A stretch of 64,000 nt of DNA from Candidatus Latescibacterota bacterium (GCA_963422735.1 OY730476.1:3008001-3072000), one strand, 5' to 3'. Positions 51,483 to 61,686 are shown, numbered from the stretch's first letter. Numbers and translations are program-made. Notes: a model not told the origin generated them from the letters alone.

Positions 51483-51737
51483 TCAGGCTGCGTAGATGCT
51501 CACCCGCTTGCCTTTCTTGCCAAAAGCCTCAAATCGCACCTGCCCGTCAATTGTAGCGAAGAGCGTATCATCCCCACCCTTCTTGACATTGACGCCCGGA
51601 TGAATGCGCGTACCGCGTTGCCGCACGATAATCGTGCCTGCACTGACCTTCTCTCCGCCAAAGCACTTAACGCCCAGACGCTGGGCATTGCTATCGCGCC
51701 CGTTTTTAGAACTGCCGACGCCCTTTTTATGAGCCAT
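51483..51737 (-). CDS. rpmA: 50S ribosomal protein L27
   Basis: [16 protein letters not shown]. Confidence 0.99.
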   Translation of the reverse strand: MAHKKGVGSSKNGRDSNAQRLGVKCFGGEKVSAGTIIVRQRGTRIHPGVNVKKGGDDTLFATIDGQVRFEAFGKKGKRVSIYAA

Positions 51738-51757
51738 AATCCCTAGTCCTTTCGCAC

Positions 51758-52075
51758 TCAGTTTGGGAGAACGATGTCTTCGACCTGAATTTCGGTGTAG
51801 TCCTGACGGTGGCCGTTGCGCCGCCGGTACTTCTTGCGCCGCTTCTTCTTGAAAACGACTATCTTGTCGCCGCGGCCATGGCCGACGATCGCCGCCGAAA
51901 CACTGGCACCCTCGACCGTGGGGCTGCCAACCTTGATCTCGCCATCGTCGGAAACTAGCAGTACGTCGGTAAATTCCTGTATGCTACCTTCTTCGACCTG
52001 AAGCCGAGGTACGCGCAGACACTGGCCTCTGTCGACTTTGACCTGATGGCCGGCAATATTGACAACTACATACAT
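51758..52075 (-). CDS. rplU: 50S ribosomal protein L21
   Basis: [32 protein letters not shown]. Confidence 0.98.
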   Translation of the reverse strand: MYVVVNIAGHQVKVDRGQCLRVPRLQVEEGSIQEFTDVLLVSDDGEIKVGSPTVEGASVSAAIVGHGRGDKIVVFKKKRRKKYRRRNGHRQDYTEIQVEDIVLPN

Positions 52076-52151
52076 GAATTGCGCTCCTAACCTAAAGCTA
52101 CTCTGCAATTAACAGTGAAACGGTCAAAAATATAGGCCGGAACTCTTTCTG

Positions 52152-53675
52152 TCAAACCCGAAACTCGGCCGTCACATCTAGGCTGCGCTTAGTCGAGAAG
52201 AAACGATACTCTTGGGGCCCCAATGTGATATCGGTCTCTATTTGGAGACGAGCTTTGGTTGCCTTGCGCAACGACTTGAGCCGTTCCTCGCGGTTTTCTA
52301 GCATATAGGTGGCCACATCGGGATGGACCTTTAACACATAGCGCCTTTCGCGGGTAGCAGCATAGGAACGCTGAAGCCAGCGCTCAATCCAAGTCAGGGT
52401 TGTGTCTGGCCCCATAATCCGGCCCGTGCCACTGCAAATGGGACAAGGTTCACTATGAGTGTGCAAAAGGTTTGGACGGACGCGCTGGCGAGTCATTTCG
52501 ACCAAGCCAAACTCGCTAATGTGTGGGCTGATAGAGACTTTCGCCCGATCTCTTTTGAACTCCTCGACTAAGCAGCCAATGACCTTTTTGCGGTTGCGTT
52601 CCTCATTCATATCGATAAAGTCGATGACGATAATGCCGCCAATGTCGCGGAGCTTGAGCTGGCGGGCAATCTCACGGGCTGCCTTCATATTGGTATTAAG
52701 GTTGTTTTCCTCTTGGTCGTCCGAGCCAAGGTAACGGGCTGAATTCACATCGATAAAGGTCCCCGCCTCGGCGTAGTCGATGACCAAAGCTCCGCCCCGC
52801 CGCAACCACACTGTGCGGTTGGTCGCCTTCTCGATATCTTCCTCAATGTTGAAGGCATCGAAAATGGGCCGACGATCTCGGTAAAGCTCAACCCTTTGGC
52901 GCAACTCAGGTGAAACTTGTCGCAAATAAGCCGTGATCTCCTTATACAACTCTTTGCTATCGACGACTAGCCGTTCCACATTGTCAGTGAACAGGTCGCG
53001 TATTACGCTGGAGGTCATGCCCATTTCCTTGTACACTAAAGCAGGTACTCCGGCCTTCCTGCTGGTCTTGATCAGACGCTCGTGGTTTTTCACTAGCTGC
53101 TTCATATCGCGTTTGAACTCGCGATCACTCTGATTCTGTCCTTCGGTCCGCACGATTACTGAATAGCCATAGGGTTTGATATTGAATACTAGATCTCTCA
53201 ATCTTTTGCGTTCATTCCGACTAGTGATCTTGCGCGAGACACCAATCCAGTTGCCTCCTGGAACCAGCACCATAAAGCGACCCGGAAGCGATAGCTGAGT
53301 TGTCACACGGGCACCTTTAGTGCCTATGGGCTCTTTGGTGATCTGCACCAGCACCTCTTCGTCCTTCTTGATTAGGTTTCGAATATAAGGATAACCGCGA
53401 TGACGAGAGCGGCTCCCGTTACGCGTCCCATCGGTCTCTCCTCTATCTGCTTCCACCATATCGCGCACTTGGAGGAACGCAGTTCGGTCATGGCCTATCT
53501 CGACAAAGGCAGCCTGTAGGCTAGGCAAAACAGCCGCTACAATCCCTTTGTATATGTCCCCTACCGTCCGCTCATTTTCGGGTCTTTCGATCCAGACTTC
53601 AGCTAGACGCCCCTCTTCCAAGATGGCAATACGGGATTCGTGAATGCCTTGGTTAATAAAAATTTCTGTTCGCAC
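52152..53675 (-). CDS. rng: Ribonuclease G/E family
   Basis: VGDIYKG, QAAFV, VQITKEPIGTKGAR, IDVNS, GGIIVIDFIDM, FGLVEMTRQR, CPIC.G.G. Confidence 0.93.
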   Translation of the reverse strand: MRTEIFINQGIHESRIAILEEGRLAEVWIERPENERTVGDIYKGIVAAVLPSLQAAFVEIGHDRTAFLQVRDMVEADRGETDGTRNGSRSRHRGYPYIRNLIKKDEEVLVQITKEPIGTKGARVTTQLSLPGRFMVLVPGGNWIGVSRKITSRNERKRLRDLVFNIKPYGYSVIVRTEGQNQSDREFKRDMKQLVKNHERLIKTSRKAGVPALVYKEMGMTSSVIRDLFTDNVERLVVDSKELYKEITAYLRQVSPELRQRVELYRDRRPIFDAFNIEEDIEKATNRTVWLRRGGALVIDYAEAGTFIDVNSARYLGSDDQEENNLNTNMKAAREIARQLKLRDIGGIIVIDFIDMNEERNRKKVIGCLVEEFKRDRAKVSISPHISEFGLVEMTRQRVRPNLLHTHSEPCPICSGTGRIMGPDTTLTWIERWLQRSYAATRERRYVLKVHPDVATYMLENREERLKSLRKATKARLQIETDITLGPQEYRFFSTKRSLDVTAEFRV

Positions 53676-53700
53676 GATCTGCCCTCACACTTAGTAGTCA

Positions 53701-53778
53701 TCATAGTAGATAGTAGGGAAGCAAGAGAAAAATCAAGCCGATGAAGAGAAAGGCCGACAGGGTCCGCTTATCTTCCAT
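53701..53778 (-). CDS. 25-aa peptide copied from the YidC N-terminus
   Basis: MEDKRTLSAFLFIGLIFLLLPYYLL*; carries the yidC upstream sequence; expression unproven. Confidence 0.45.
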   Translation of the reverse strand: MEDKRTLSAFLFIGLIFLLLPYYLL

Positions 53779-53804
53779 AGGTTCTACTTACTCTTTTATA
53801 AACA
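53710..53804. repeat. 95-bp direct repeat of 61087-61181 (yidC 5' end)
   Basis: 92/95 identical; differences at 53728, 53756, 53792. Confidence 0.95.
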
Positions 53805-53857
53805 TAGTATTAGTATAGACATAGTATAGACGATTTCAAAGCCCCGCTTATCGCCGT

Positions 53858-55705
53858 TCATTTAGCTTTTTCTACGTCCAATACCCCCAAATACTGGTTT
53901 TGGTCTCCGAGCACTTCTATCGCCTTCGCTAGCTGTGCATCCTCCTGCAATTCTTCGAGGAGTTGGGCTTTTCTTCCTCTGAAACGCAAGACCAATTCTC
54001 GACGTAAAGCACTCTTTATATAAGGCTCTAACTTGCGGCTATACCGCTGGTCCCACTCCTGCCTCACCGCTGCTTTTAGCTGGTGGATCGACTCCTGTGC
54101 CGCCTTACCCCAAGCCATTTCCTCAGCCAAGTCCTCAAGTTCTTCTATTTGACTCAACCCTTCTCGGCGTTGATTCAGACTTCTGTCCTTCGTGCGGACG
54201 AACTCCATAAAGCTCCTAACCATCTCATCGCTGACGGTCAAGCCTGGATGTTCTTCATCCCAAGACGAGTCGGTTGACACATAATCTATGACAAAGTCAA
54301 AGAAGAGCCGGCGACGCTCTAACTCTTGTACGTAGGGAGGAAATGGTTCCGGCTTAATACTAATATCTGGCTTAATACCGCCGCCGAAGACCTTGCGACC
54401 TCGCTGGGTATAATAGGTTCGGCTTGAAATACTATCCGGTAATCCAGCCGCTTCTATCTTGGATTTACCCACTAAATCGCCCAAACGGATCAAGAGAACG
54501 CTCTCTGCGGACTCAGAATCCATATCAAAATGAGATTGGAGTGCAGAAAGGGCCTTAGCCCTATTCTCTGAACGCAAAACGAGATCCATCACTAGCTGAT
54601 GAGGCAGTTCCCTATCGCCGAACAGAACGCGATGTACCGGCCTAGATATATCCTGTTCGCGGTGGATACTACGCCCACTTGGCGCGTAGTAGAGTGCCGT
54701 CGTCAGCTTCAAAGCACTAGGCGCTTCTTCGCGCAGGTCGAATATGGTCTGTACCGAACCTTTGCCAAATGATGCCGCTCCGACAATCACTCCTCGATCA
54801 TTGTCTTGGATGGCTCCGGCAACGATTTCGGACGCACTGGCACTACCCTCGTCAATCAGAACGACCAAGGGTATATCTCGCGCAATAGAGTGGCGGTGGG
54901 AATACTCGACTTCTTCTCTCCGCCCCTCGCGTTCCTTAATAGAAACGATCGGCACCCCTTGGGGTAAAAACAAATCCGCAACTTGGGCGGCTTGCCTAAA
55001 CAAGCCCCCTGGATTTCCTCTCAGGTCTAAAATTAGCCCTTCAACCCGAGGGAGGCTTTTTATTGCCTCTTCTACTTCACTGGAGGTATGCTCGGAAAAA
55101 CGCGTCCGGCGCATACTTATATAACCTATTTTGCCTTTGAGCTCCTCTACCAGCACAACGCTCTTGATCCTGATAATTTCCCTTTGAATTTCAACTTCGC
55201 GCGGCGTTGCTCCCAAGTGGGTGGCGACCGATATTGCGACCTTTGTGCTAGGGTTCCCGCGTAGTGCATTGACCACAGACTCAAGCTGCATATCCAAGGT
55301 ACTTTTGCCCTCAACGGCGACGATCAAGTCGCCCGGTCTTAGCCCCGCCCGAAAGGCAGGAGCATCCTCAATAGGAGAAATTACCACAGGAAAACGATCT
55401 TTTATGGCAACCGTAATCCCCAACCCCGCGAACTTGCCCGTCGTGTCTTGGCGTAACTGGCGCAAACCTTCCTCGTCGAAGTACTCGCTGTATGGATCGA
55501 GCTGGCCGAGCATGCCCTTGATGGCTGCGCTCATAATTTCCTCTTGGTCCAGACTGGAGTAGTAGTTTTCCAGAATACGCGAATACACTGCCCCAAAACG
55601 TTCCCAACTGGCATTTACCTCAGCATATGGATCTTCCGTAGTCGCAGCATGGATTGAGCCCCTACTGGAAAACAAACAAATCAATCCCACTAAAATGTGT
55701 CGCAT
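53858..55705 (-). CDS. S41 family carboxyl-terminal processing protease
   Basis: LDPYS, PDZ GLGI, DLRGNPGG, SASASEIVAGA, FGKGSVQ. Confidence 0.93.
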   Translation of the reverse strand: MRHILVGLICLFSSRGSIHAATTEDPYAEVNASWERFGAVYSRILENYYSSLDQEEIMSAAIKGMLGQLDPYSEYFDEEGLRQLRQDTTGKFAGLGITVAIKDRFPVVISPIEDAPAFRAGLRPGDLIVAVEGKSTLDMQLESVVNALRGNPSTKVAISVATHLGATPREVEIQREIIRIKSVVLVEELKGKIGYISMRRTRFSEHTSSEVEEAIKSLPRVEGLILDLRGNPGGLFRQAAQVADLFLPQGVPIVSIKEREGRREEVEYSHRHSIARDIPLVVLIDEGSASASEIVAGAIQDNDRGVIVGAASFGKGSVQTIFDLREEAPSALKLTTALYYAPSGRSIHREQDISRPVHRVLFGDRELPHQLVMDLVLRSENRAKALSALQSHFDMDSESAESVLLIRLGDLVGKSKIEAAGLPDSISSRTYYTQRGRKVFGGGIKPDISIKPEPFPPYVQELERRRLFFDFVIDYVSTDSSWDEEHPGLTVSDEMVRSFMEFVRTKDRSLNQRREGLSQIEELEDLAEEMAWGKAAQESIHQLKAAVRQEWDQRYSRKLEPYIKSALRRELVLRFRGRKAQLLEELQEDAQLAKAIEVLGDQNQYLGVLDVEKAK

Positions 55706-55707
55706 AA

Positions 55708-56349
55708 TTACCTTTTCTCCTCTGGAAACCACGACCACTGCTGGCGCAGCACACCCTGAATCCTTTTAGCTAGTCGATCCATCTCGAGCTGTGCGTCAAA
55801 AACCAAACCTGCTGGATCTTTTTCGGATATCTCTTGGTAACCTCGGGCGACCTTCTTTTGTAGTGCTATCCCTGTTTGCTCTAACCGATCCGCGATGTCC
55901 CGTCGCCTTAGGCGTGCCCAAGCCACTTCTACGGGCAAGACCAAGTATATTGTCGCGTCCGGCAAATACTCCCCTACTGCCAGCCGATTAACTTGTTTAA
56001 TTGCTGCCGAGTCCAAACCTCGCCCATACCCCTGGTAGGCTAGTGATGATGCAATGTAGCGATCACAAATAACCACATCCCCTCGATTAAGCGACGGTAA
56101 TATTACTTCTTCCACGTGCTGTGAACGACTAGCTGCGCAGAGGAAGAGTTCCGCCGTAGGGGATATACCCTCTAGGCTCGGATCGAGAACAAGCTGGCGA
56201 ATTCTCTCTGCGATCGGCGTCCCTCCCGGTTCTCTGGTTAGTGTAACCGGAAGACCTGCTTCCCTTAAATACGACGCGAGCATGTGGGATTGGGTTGTAG
56301 TTCCACTGCCATCGACTCCTTCAAAAACGATGAAATGACCCCGGGACAC
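55708..56349 (-). CDS. tmk: Thymidylate kinase
   Basis: FEGVDGSGTTT, TREPGGT, CDRY.ASSLAYQG.GRG. Confidence 0.95.
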   Translation of the reverse strand: MSRGHFIVFEGVDGSGTTTQSHMLASYLREAGLPVTLTREPGGTPIAERIRQLVLDPSLEGISPTAELFLCAASRSQHVEEVILPSLNRGDVVICDRYIASSLAYQGYGRGLDSAAIKQVNRLAVGEYLPDATIYLVLPVEVAWARLRRRDIADRLEQTGIALQKKVARGYQEISEKDPAGLVFDAQLEMDRLAKRIQGVLRQQWSWFPEEKR

Positions 56350-56389
56350 GATGGCAGGAGAAACGCAAGAAAGCCCGATCAGCCCCTTA

Positions 56390-57007
56390 TCAGGACTGCT
56401 GAACTGAGGCGGGCGAGTTGGGACCAGATTTCAGCCTATTGCGAATATGAGCGAGGCGCTCAACAACCGTATAGTTGGTCGTAACGGCTAGTAAAACCAG
56501 CACAAAAACCAAACCCTGATGGCCCATCAGGCTCCCTAAGGCCAAGGCGATTAGACGTTCAGGACGCTGCATGAAGCCCACCTTACAATCCTCGCCCAAC
56601 CCCTCTGCTCGCGCCCTTACATAACTAACCATCAGCGAACCAGTAATTGCAAAAAAGAGGATCCCCGAGGGAACCCACTCATCGCGGCCAATCAAATACG
56701 CACCTATTCCAAAGTAAATAAATATCTCAGAGTATCGATCTGTAGTCGAATCCAATAAGGCTCCGAACTTGGTCTCCTTATGGCCTTCTCTTGCAACTTG
56801 TCCATCCAGAATATCGCAAAGACCCGCAACCATCATGATGAAAGCTCCCCATTGTAAATAACCCTTGGCAAAAGCCGCAGTTGCCCCCACGTTCATAAAT
56901 AATCCCATCAGCGTCAGCCAATCAGGTCTGAAGCCCAAGCGAATAAACAAACGAGTCAACGGTCTAAGGACGACCAAACACCACTTTTTCAGATATTTAT
57001 CTATCAA
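56390..57007 (-). CDS. CDP-alcohol phosphatidyltransferase
   Basis: DILDGQVAR...FGA.LDS..DR, VSYVRARAEGLG..C.VG.MQRPER (PIP/DIPP-synthase-like subgroup). Confidence 0.9.
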   Translation of the reverse strand: MIDKYLKKWCLVVLRPLTRLFIRLGFRPDWLTLMGLFMNVGATAAFAKGYLQWGAFIMMVAGLCDILDGQVAREGHKETKFGALLDSTTDRYSEIFIYFGIGAYLIGRDEWVPSGILFFAITGSLMVSYVRARAEGLGEDCKVGFMQRPERLIALALGSLMGHQGLVFVLVLLAVTTNYTVVERLAHIRNRLKSGPNSPASVQQS

Positions 57008-57120
57008 AAAAGAACCTATTTTGTCGGGGCTTGGGAGGCCATTGAGAATCCATGTCCTCGGGAGCTAAGATAAAAATATACTTGCTTTTTTGTTTTCTTC
57101 CAAAGGATTTTACCTTATAG

Positions 57121-57266
57121 TTTTCCACATCTTGCGGACAAGTTTTCCACATATACCTTATCGACTCTACGCAATATCTCCGTGAATCGCAACCTATCTA
57201 TTGGTTAAAATTAGACATATAAACCTAAAAAAGGGCCTAATTGTGACTGTGGATAAGTGTGGGTAA
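57121..57266. promoter_or_regulatory. DnaA-box cluster
   Basis: TTTTCCACA 57121 and 57143, TGTGGATAA 57248, TGTGGGTAA 57258 in an AT-rich spacer. Confidence 0.75.
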
Positions 57267-57324
57267 AACTACTCTCGGAATGTCCAGCCACTTTGGACCT
57301 ACGAGACCTGCTGAGCTATCAATG

Positions 57325-57948
57325 TTAGCAATTAGTGGCGTAGAATAGCCCCAATGTACTCCCGACTCGATCCGTCCTCCATGCCAACAATTCTGAATGA
57401 TCAGCATCTTTTTCAAGCGTTGAAAGAATCCAACCATGAGGAGATAAATGTCCTTGTACTAAATCAAGCAGTTTATCCGGGGAAGCCACCGCCCGCGCAG
57501 TGACCAAATCCGCTCCCACAGGATTCAAATTCTCTATTCGGTCGTTTACAACCTCTATGCGGTCAAGCCCCACAGATCGCACAACCTCCCTGAGAAAGTG
57601 CGCCCGCTTCCTCCTGCTCTCGACAAGCATAAAGTATGAGTCGGGAAGAGCGATCTTCAATGGAATAGCCGGAAATCCAGCTCCTGATCCCAGATCCATA
57701 ACCAGCCGACGAGGAATGCTTGCCACAACCGGGACTATAGTCAACGCCTGTCTCAAGTGCTTCGTTGCTAGGACGGACCAATCTTGCGGAGAGACAAGGT
57801 TGACTCTTCTCGACCACCGACTCAAGAGATATAGATATATTTCCAACTTAGGCCAGACATCCTCAAAATCAAAAAAACAAGAGAGAATTCCTTTTCTCTT
57901 TAACTGATCAAAATCCTTACGAATCTTAGAGGACAGTTGAATTACCAT
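57325..57948 (-). CDS. rsmG: 16S rRNA m7G527 methyltransferase
   Basis: W...VNLVS, DLGSGAGFPAIPL, LVESRRKR..FL, VTARAVA. Confidence 0.93.
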   Translation of the reverse strand: MVIQLSSKIRKDFDQLKRKGILSCFFDFEDVWPKLEIYLYLLSRWSRRVNLVSPQDWSVLATKHLRQALTIVPVVASIPRRLVMDLGSGAGFPAIPLKIALPDSYFMLVESRRKRAHFLREVVRSVGLDRIEVVNDRIENLNPVGADLVTARAVASPDKLLDLVQGHLSPHGWILSTLEKDADHSELLAWRTDRVGSTLGLFYATNC

Positions 57949-57957
57949 ATCAAAACA

Positions 57958-57973
57958 CGTTCCACGTGAAACA
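57958..57973. promoter_or_regulatory. parS site
   Basis: CGTTCCACGTGAAACA vs consensus TGTTNCACGTGAAACA. Confidence 0.85.
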
Positions 57974-58039
57974 TTGAATATCTTATCAACTTATCAACAT
58001 GGTCACGAAATCTTCCAATCCATATCGAGCCAGCTCAAG

Positions 58040-58055
58040 TGTTCCATGTGAAACA
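58040..58055. promoter_or_regulatory. parS site
   Basis: TGTTCCATGTGAAACA. Confidence 0.85.
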
Positions 58056-58061
58056 TTACTA

Positions 58062-59423
58062 TTACTTGCCGATGCAAAATTGGGAAAAGATGGTATCGAG
58101 AACCTCATCTTCTACTGTCTCTCCCAGCATCTCCGCTAGAGCATTCAAGGCATCTTGAAGCTCGGCCACGACGCACTCATCGGGCTGGCTGGATATCAGA
58201 AGTTCCTCTGCTACAGAACTGGATTTAGCTACCCGCAAGAGGCAATCTTGGTGGCGTTGACGGGTAATCCCGATTCCATCTATTTCCCCTCTCTGGGGCA
58301 ATAGGGCTGTCACTTCCTTCTTCAACTCTTCAATATCGAACCCCCTAAGTGCTGATATTTCAACGGATATTGAGGTCCGTGATTTGATCTTAGGTCTAGT
58401 ACTAGTACCCGGCAAATCAATCTTGTTGAAGACAGCAATGGATTTCTTATCAGACGGGAGCAGGTCCAACACAGCCATATCGTCCTCACACGACTCAGTC
58501 GAACTGTCAAATACCACTAAAACCACGTCAGCTTCCTCAACCGCTTGCGAGGCTCGTTCAATTCCCTCTTTTTCGATCAGGTTATGGCTTTGCCTAATCC
58601 CAGCCGTATCGACCAGCCGTATCGTCTCTCCTGCCCATGTAGTCCGACCTTCTACTAAATCTCGCGTCGTTCCTGGTAAGGGAGTGACTATGGCCCGATC
58701 TTCGCCGAGCAAAACGTTGAGCAACGTGGACTTACCTACGTTGGGATGCCCGATAAGCACTACTAAATATCCTTCTTGACGGCGCCTTGTTCCCTCGAAT
58801 GTTTCAGCAAGCCGCAAAGAGGACGCAACTACCTCGCGCAGCGCGATCTGTATTTCTTGACGCCCTATATCATTGATGTCTTCGTCGGAAAAATCGAGCC
58901 CGACCTCGAGCAGTGATAGTATCTTAACCAACTGCCTCTTAAGCTCTTTTATCATCTTAGATAGACGGCCACTGGCCAAGCCATAGGCACTATCGAGATG
59001 AGCTTTAGAGCTGGCCTGGATGAGGTCAATTACAGCTTCAGCTTCTAATAAATCCAAATGGCCATTGAGAAACGCTCGACGGGTAAACTCACCTGGGGCG
59101 GCGGCGGCAGCACCTAAGCTAATCGCTTCCTCAACGACAGACTCTAATACGACTGCACTTCCGTGGCAGCTAATCTCGACAGTATCTTCACCGGTATAAG
59201 AGTGAGGAGCTACAAAGACCCAAGCGACTCCGGTGTCGATTTCCCGACCGCCAGCCCATATACGCCCATATTCGACGTATCGGACTCGCTTACCTAGTGG
59301 TGGACGGGACCGAAAAATCTGCTGGCTAATAGATAGGGCTTCAGGCCCACTCAAACGCACTATCCCAATTCCCCCCTCCCCCCGTGGCGTTGAGATCGCG
59401 ACAACAGTACCGGTATGTATCAA
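58062..59423 (-). CDS. mnmE: tRNA modification GTPase MnmE
   Basis: AISTP.G.GGIGIVRLSG, SYTGED, PGEFTRRAFLNG, GHPNVGKS, DTAG, FCIGK; TTG start inferred. Confidence 0.97.
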   Translation of the reverse strand: MIHTGTVVAISTPRGEGGIGIVRLSGPEALSISQQIFRSRPPLGKRVRYVEYGRIWAGGREIDTGVAWVFVAPHSYTGEDTVEISCHGSAVVLESVVEEAISLGAAAAAPGEFTRRAFLNGHLDLLEAEAVIDLIQASSKAHLDSAYGLASGRLSKMIKELKRQLVKILSLLEVGLDFSDEDINDIGRQEIQIALREVVASSLRLAETFEGTRRRQEGYLVVLIGHPNVGKSTLLNVLLGEDRAIVTPLPGTTRDLVEGRTTWAGETIRLVDTAGIRQSHNLIEKEGIERASQAVEEADVVLVVFDSSTESCEDDMAVLDLLPSDKKSIAVFNKIDLPGTSTRPKIKSRTSISVEISALRGFDIEELKKEVTALLPQRGEIDGIGITRQRHQDCLLRVAKSSSVAEELLISSQPDECVVAELQDALNALAEMLGETVEDEVLDTIFSQFCIGK

Positions 59424-59445
59424 GGAATCGAGATCCGGCTGAAAT

Positions 59446-61155
59446 TCAAGCGCTGGAAGGAACTGCTTCTTTCTTAAAATGATTGACCAATAGCTGTTGG
59501 CCAATGGTCAAGACATTGAAGGTAGTCCAGTAGAGCACTAATCCCGATGACATGCTCCAAAAGACAAAAATCATCACTGCCGGCATCATGTAAACTAGAA
59601 CGGCCTGTTTGGGATCCTTCATAGTCATCTTTTGTTGGATAAGCATGGAGACAGCCATCAATAATGGCAGGACATGAAGACCGAAACTGCCAATTATCAA
59701 CTCGTCAGGAAGGGAGAGATCCTGTATCCAAAGAGTAAAGGGTGCTTGGCGCAACTCGATTGTTTTGCCAAAAAGGTTGTAGAGCGAAATGAAAATGGGC
59801 ATCTGCAACAAAAGAGGTAAACACCCCCCGAGAGGATTGACGCCTTCTTCTTTATAAAGCTTCATGGTTTCGCGGCTCAGGCGTTGGTTGTCGTTCTTGT
59901 ATTTATCGCGCAGTGCCGCAATCTTGGGCTGGATCTCCTGCATTTTCGCCGCGGACTCATAGGTTTTGTGCGTAAGCGGGTAGACTATAATCTTAATGAC
60001 AACGGCGAAAAGGACGATGATCCAACCATAGTTGGGGATATATTGATACGTCGCTATGAACAGAATGAGCAGAAAGCGGCTTATTTGACTTACGATCGGC
60101 CATCCGAAATCAATGGCCTGCTCTAGTTCAGCATCATAGCCGATGAGCTCGTCGTAGTTGAGTGGGCCTAGATAAATGGTGTTATTCCAAGAACCAGATT
60201 GTTCAAGTCGCCGACCTATCTGAAAAGAATAGTCGGGTTCGGCCCTCGCCAATTGGTTATTGCCCTGCAGAACGACGCGAGAACGCTGCTCTCTATCGGC
60301 CGGGACGCAGGAAATCAAGAAGTACTTGTTGCGAATACCCGCCCATTTTAGTAATCCCTTGTCCTCCAACTCGTCCGTTTCCCCATCATCTACCTTGAGT
60401 TCGATCCGTTCTTCGTTGATATAGGCGAAAGCCCGCATTTCGGGTAGGTCAATTTCCAGCTCACGCTCAGTAAACGCTATGCCGTTTTCCCAAGTGAGTA
60501 TGGCTTCGGTATCGTCGTCAAACCCTTCGTGGCGCATCTGGAGATCGAATCCATAGCGGTCCCCATTAAAGGTCAATACCTTTTCAAGTCTCTTGCCGCC
60601 GAGTCGGGCAACCATAGTTAAGGTGCGCTCTTCACCGGGTCCTACTTGCAGACTCGACTGGTTAGCAACAAACTCCGCCGAGGAGATATCCTCCCTGTGG
60701 TTTGCTCTTTGCAGGTGAATTCCCAAGCCGCTGCCGGCTGGAGGCAGCAGTTCGATGATACTTCCATCTACATATCTGTATTTTAAGAGTTTACACGATA
60801 TAATAGTGCCGCCCTTTGTAGAGATAACAAAACTCTGAAGCGGAGTTTGTACTACAATCTCTTCTGGGATAAAGGAGGGGCTTTCGGCCGATTCTATTCT
60901 TTCAATACCCTGAGATTTGACGGGTGATAGTCCTTCCGAATGGAGATATTCCGCAGGCTCGGGATCTCGTATGCGCTCTACCTCAGATTGCTCGTCAGCA
61001 ACAGGTTCTGTTTTAGGCACCGGCTTTTGCGGCACGGATTCCTGAGACGGAGGCTGGGGCTTAGGATTCAGCCCCAGCCATTCATTATAGTAGGGAAGCA
61101 AGAGGAAAATCAAGCCGATGAAGAGAAAGGCCAACAGGGTCCGCTTATCTTCCAT
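59446..61155 (-). CDS. yidC: Membrane protein insertase YidC
   Basis: NYGWII, NPLGGCLP.LLQMP, WI.DLS.PD, SGLVLYW. Confidence 0.97.
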   Translation of the reverse strand: MEDKRTLLAFLFIGLIFLLLPYYNEWLGLNPKPQPPSQESVPQKPVPKTEPVADEQSEVERIRDPEPAEYLHSEGLSPVKSQGIERIESAESPSFIPEEIVVQTPLQSFVISTKGGTIISCKLLKYRYVDGSIIELLPPAGSGLGIHLQRANHREDISSAEFVANQSSLQVGPGEERTLTMVARLGGKRLEKVLTFNGDRYGFDLQMRHEGFDDDTEAILTWENGIAFTERELEIDLPEMRAFAYINEERIELKVDDGETDELEDKGLLKWAGIRNKYFLISCVPADREQRSRVVLQGNNQLARAEPDYSFQIGRRLEQSGSWNNTIYLGPLNYDELIGYDAELEQAIDFGWPIVSQISRFLLILFIATYQYIPNYGWIIVLFAVVIKIIVYPLTHKTYESAAKMQEIQPKIAALRDKYKNDNQRLSRETMKLYKEEGVNPLGGCLPLLLQMPIFISLYNLFGKTIELRQAPFTLWIQDLSLPDELIIGSFGLHVLPLLMAVSMLIQQKMTMKDPKQAVLVYMMPAVMIFVFWSMSSGLVLYWTTFNVLTIGQQLLVNHFKKEAVPSSA

Positions 61156-61201
61156 AGGTTCTACTTACCCTTTTATAAACAACGTGTTATTAACATATTA
61201 C

Positions 61202-61411
61202 TTAGCGCAAAGGATCGTATCCATGCCCTCCCCAAGGATGGCATCGACCAATCCGCTTTAGCGTAAGCATCCCGCCTTTGAACAGTCCGTACTTATCTAG
61301 TGCTTCTTCGGCATATTGGGAACAAGTAGGTCGATAACGACAGGATGGAGGAAAGTATGGAGACAGGAGAAGACGGTAGGCGCGGACGACGAGAAGGACG
61401 ATTTGCTTCAT
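61202..61411 (-). CDS. yidD: Membrane protein insertion efficiency factor
   Basis: [30 protein letters not shown]. Confidence 0.95.
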   Translation of the reverse strand: MKQIVLLVVRAYRLLLSPYFPPSCRYRPTCSQYAEEALDKYGLFKGGMLTLKRIGRCHPWGGHGYDPLR

Positions 61412-61680
61412 TGTGGGACAAGAAAAATAGGGAGTCTTGCTACCAAAGAGTCCAGTTCCCTTTCCAAGTCAGCAAAGGGAGCTTCAACGGCTGACGGTTG
61501 GCAGAAGACGACTAAACTACCAGGAAAGTTCGGGCGACTTCTGCAAATGCTGCGCAGGCGCCGCTTGAGCCGATTGCGCTTTACAGCATTGCCCAGTTTG
61601 CGGCGGACGACAAAGATTCGACCGCAATCTTCCTGACCGCAGCGGATCCAAAAGCAGCGGCCTCTAACCCAAGCAGCCAC
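61408..61680 (-). CDS. rnpA: Ribonuclease P protein component (short)
   Basis: [17 protein letters not shown] motif; between rpmH and yidD. Confidence 0.88.
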   Translation of the reverse strand: MAAWVRGRCFWIRCGQEDCGRIFVVRRKLGNAVKRNRLKRRLRSICRSRPNFPGSLVVFCQPSAVEAPFADLERELDSLVARLPIFLVPQ

Positions 61681-61686
61681 TAAACG

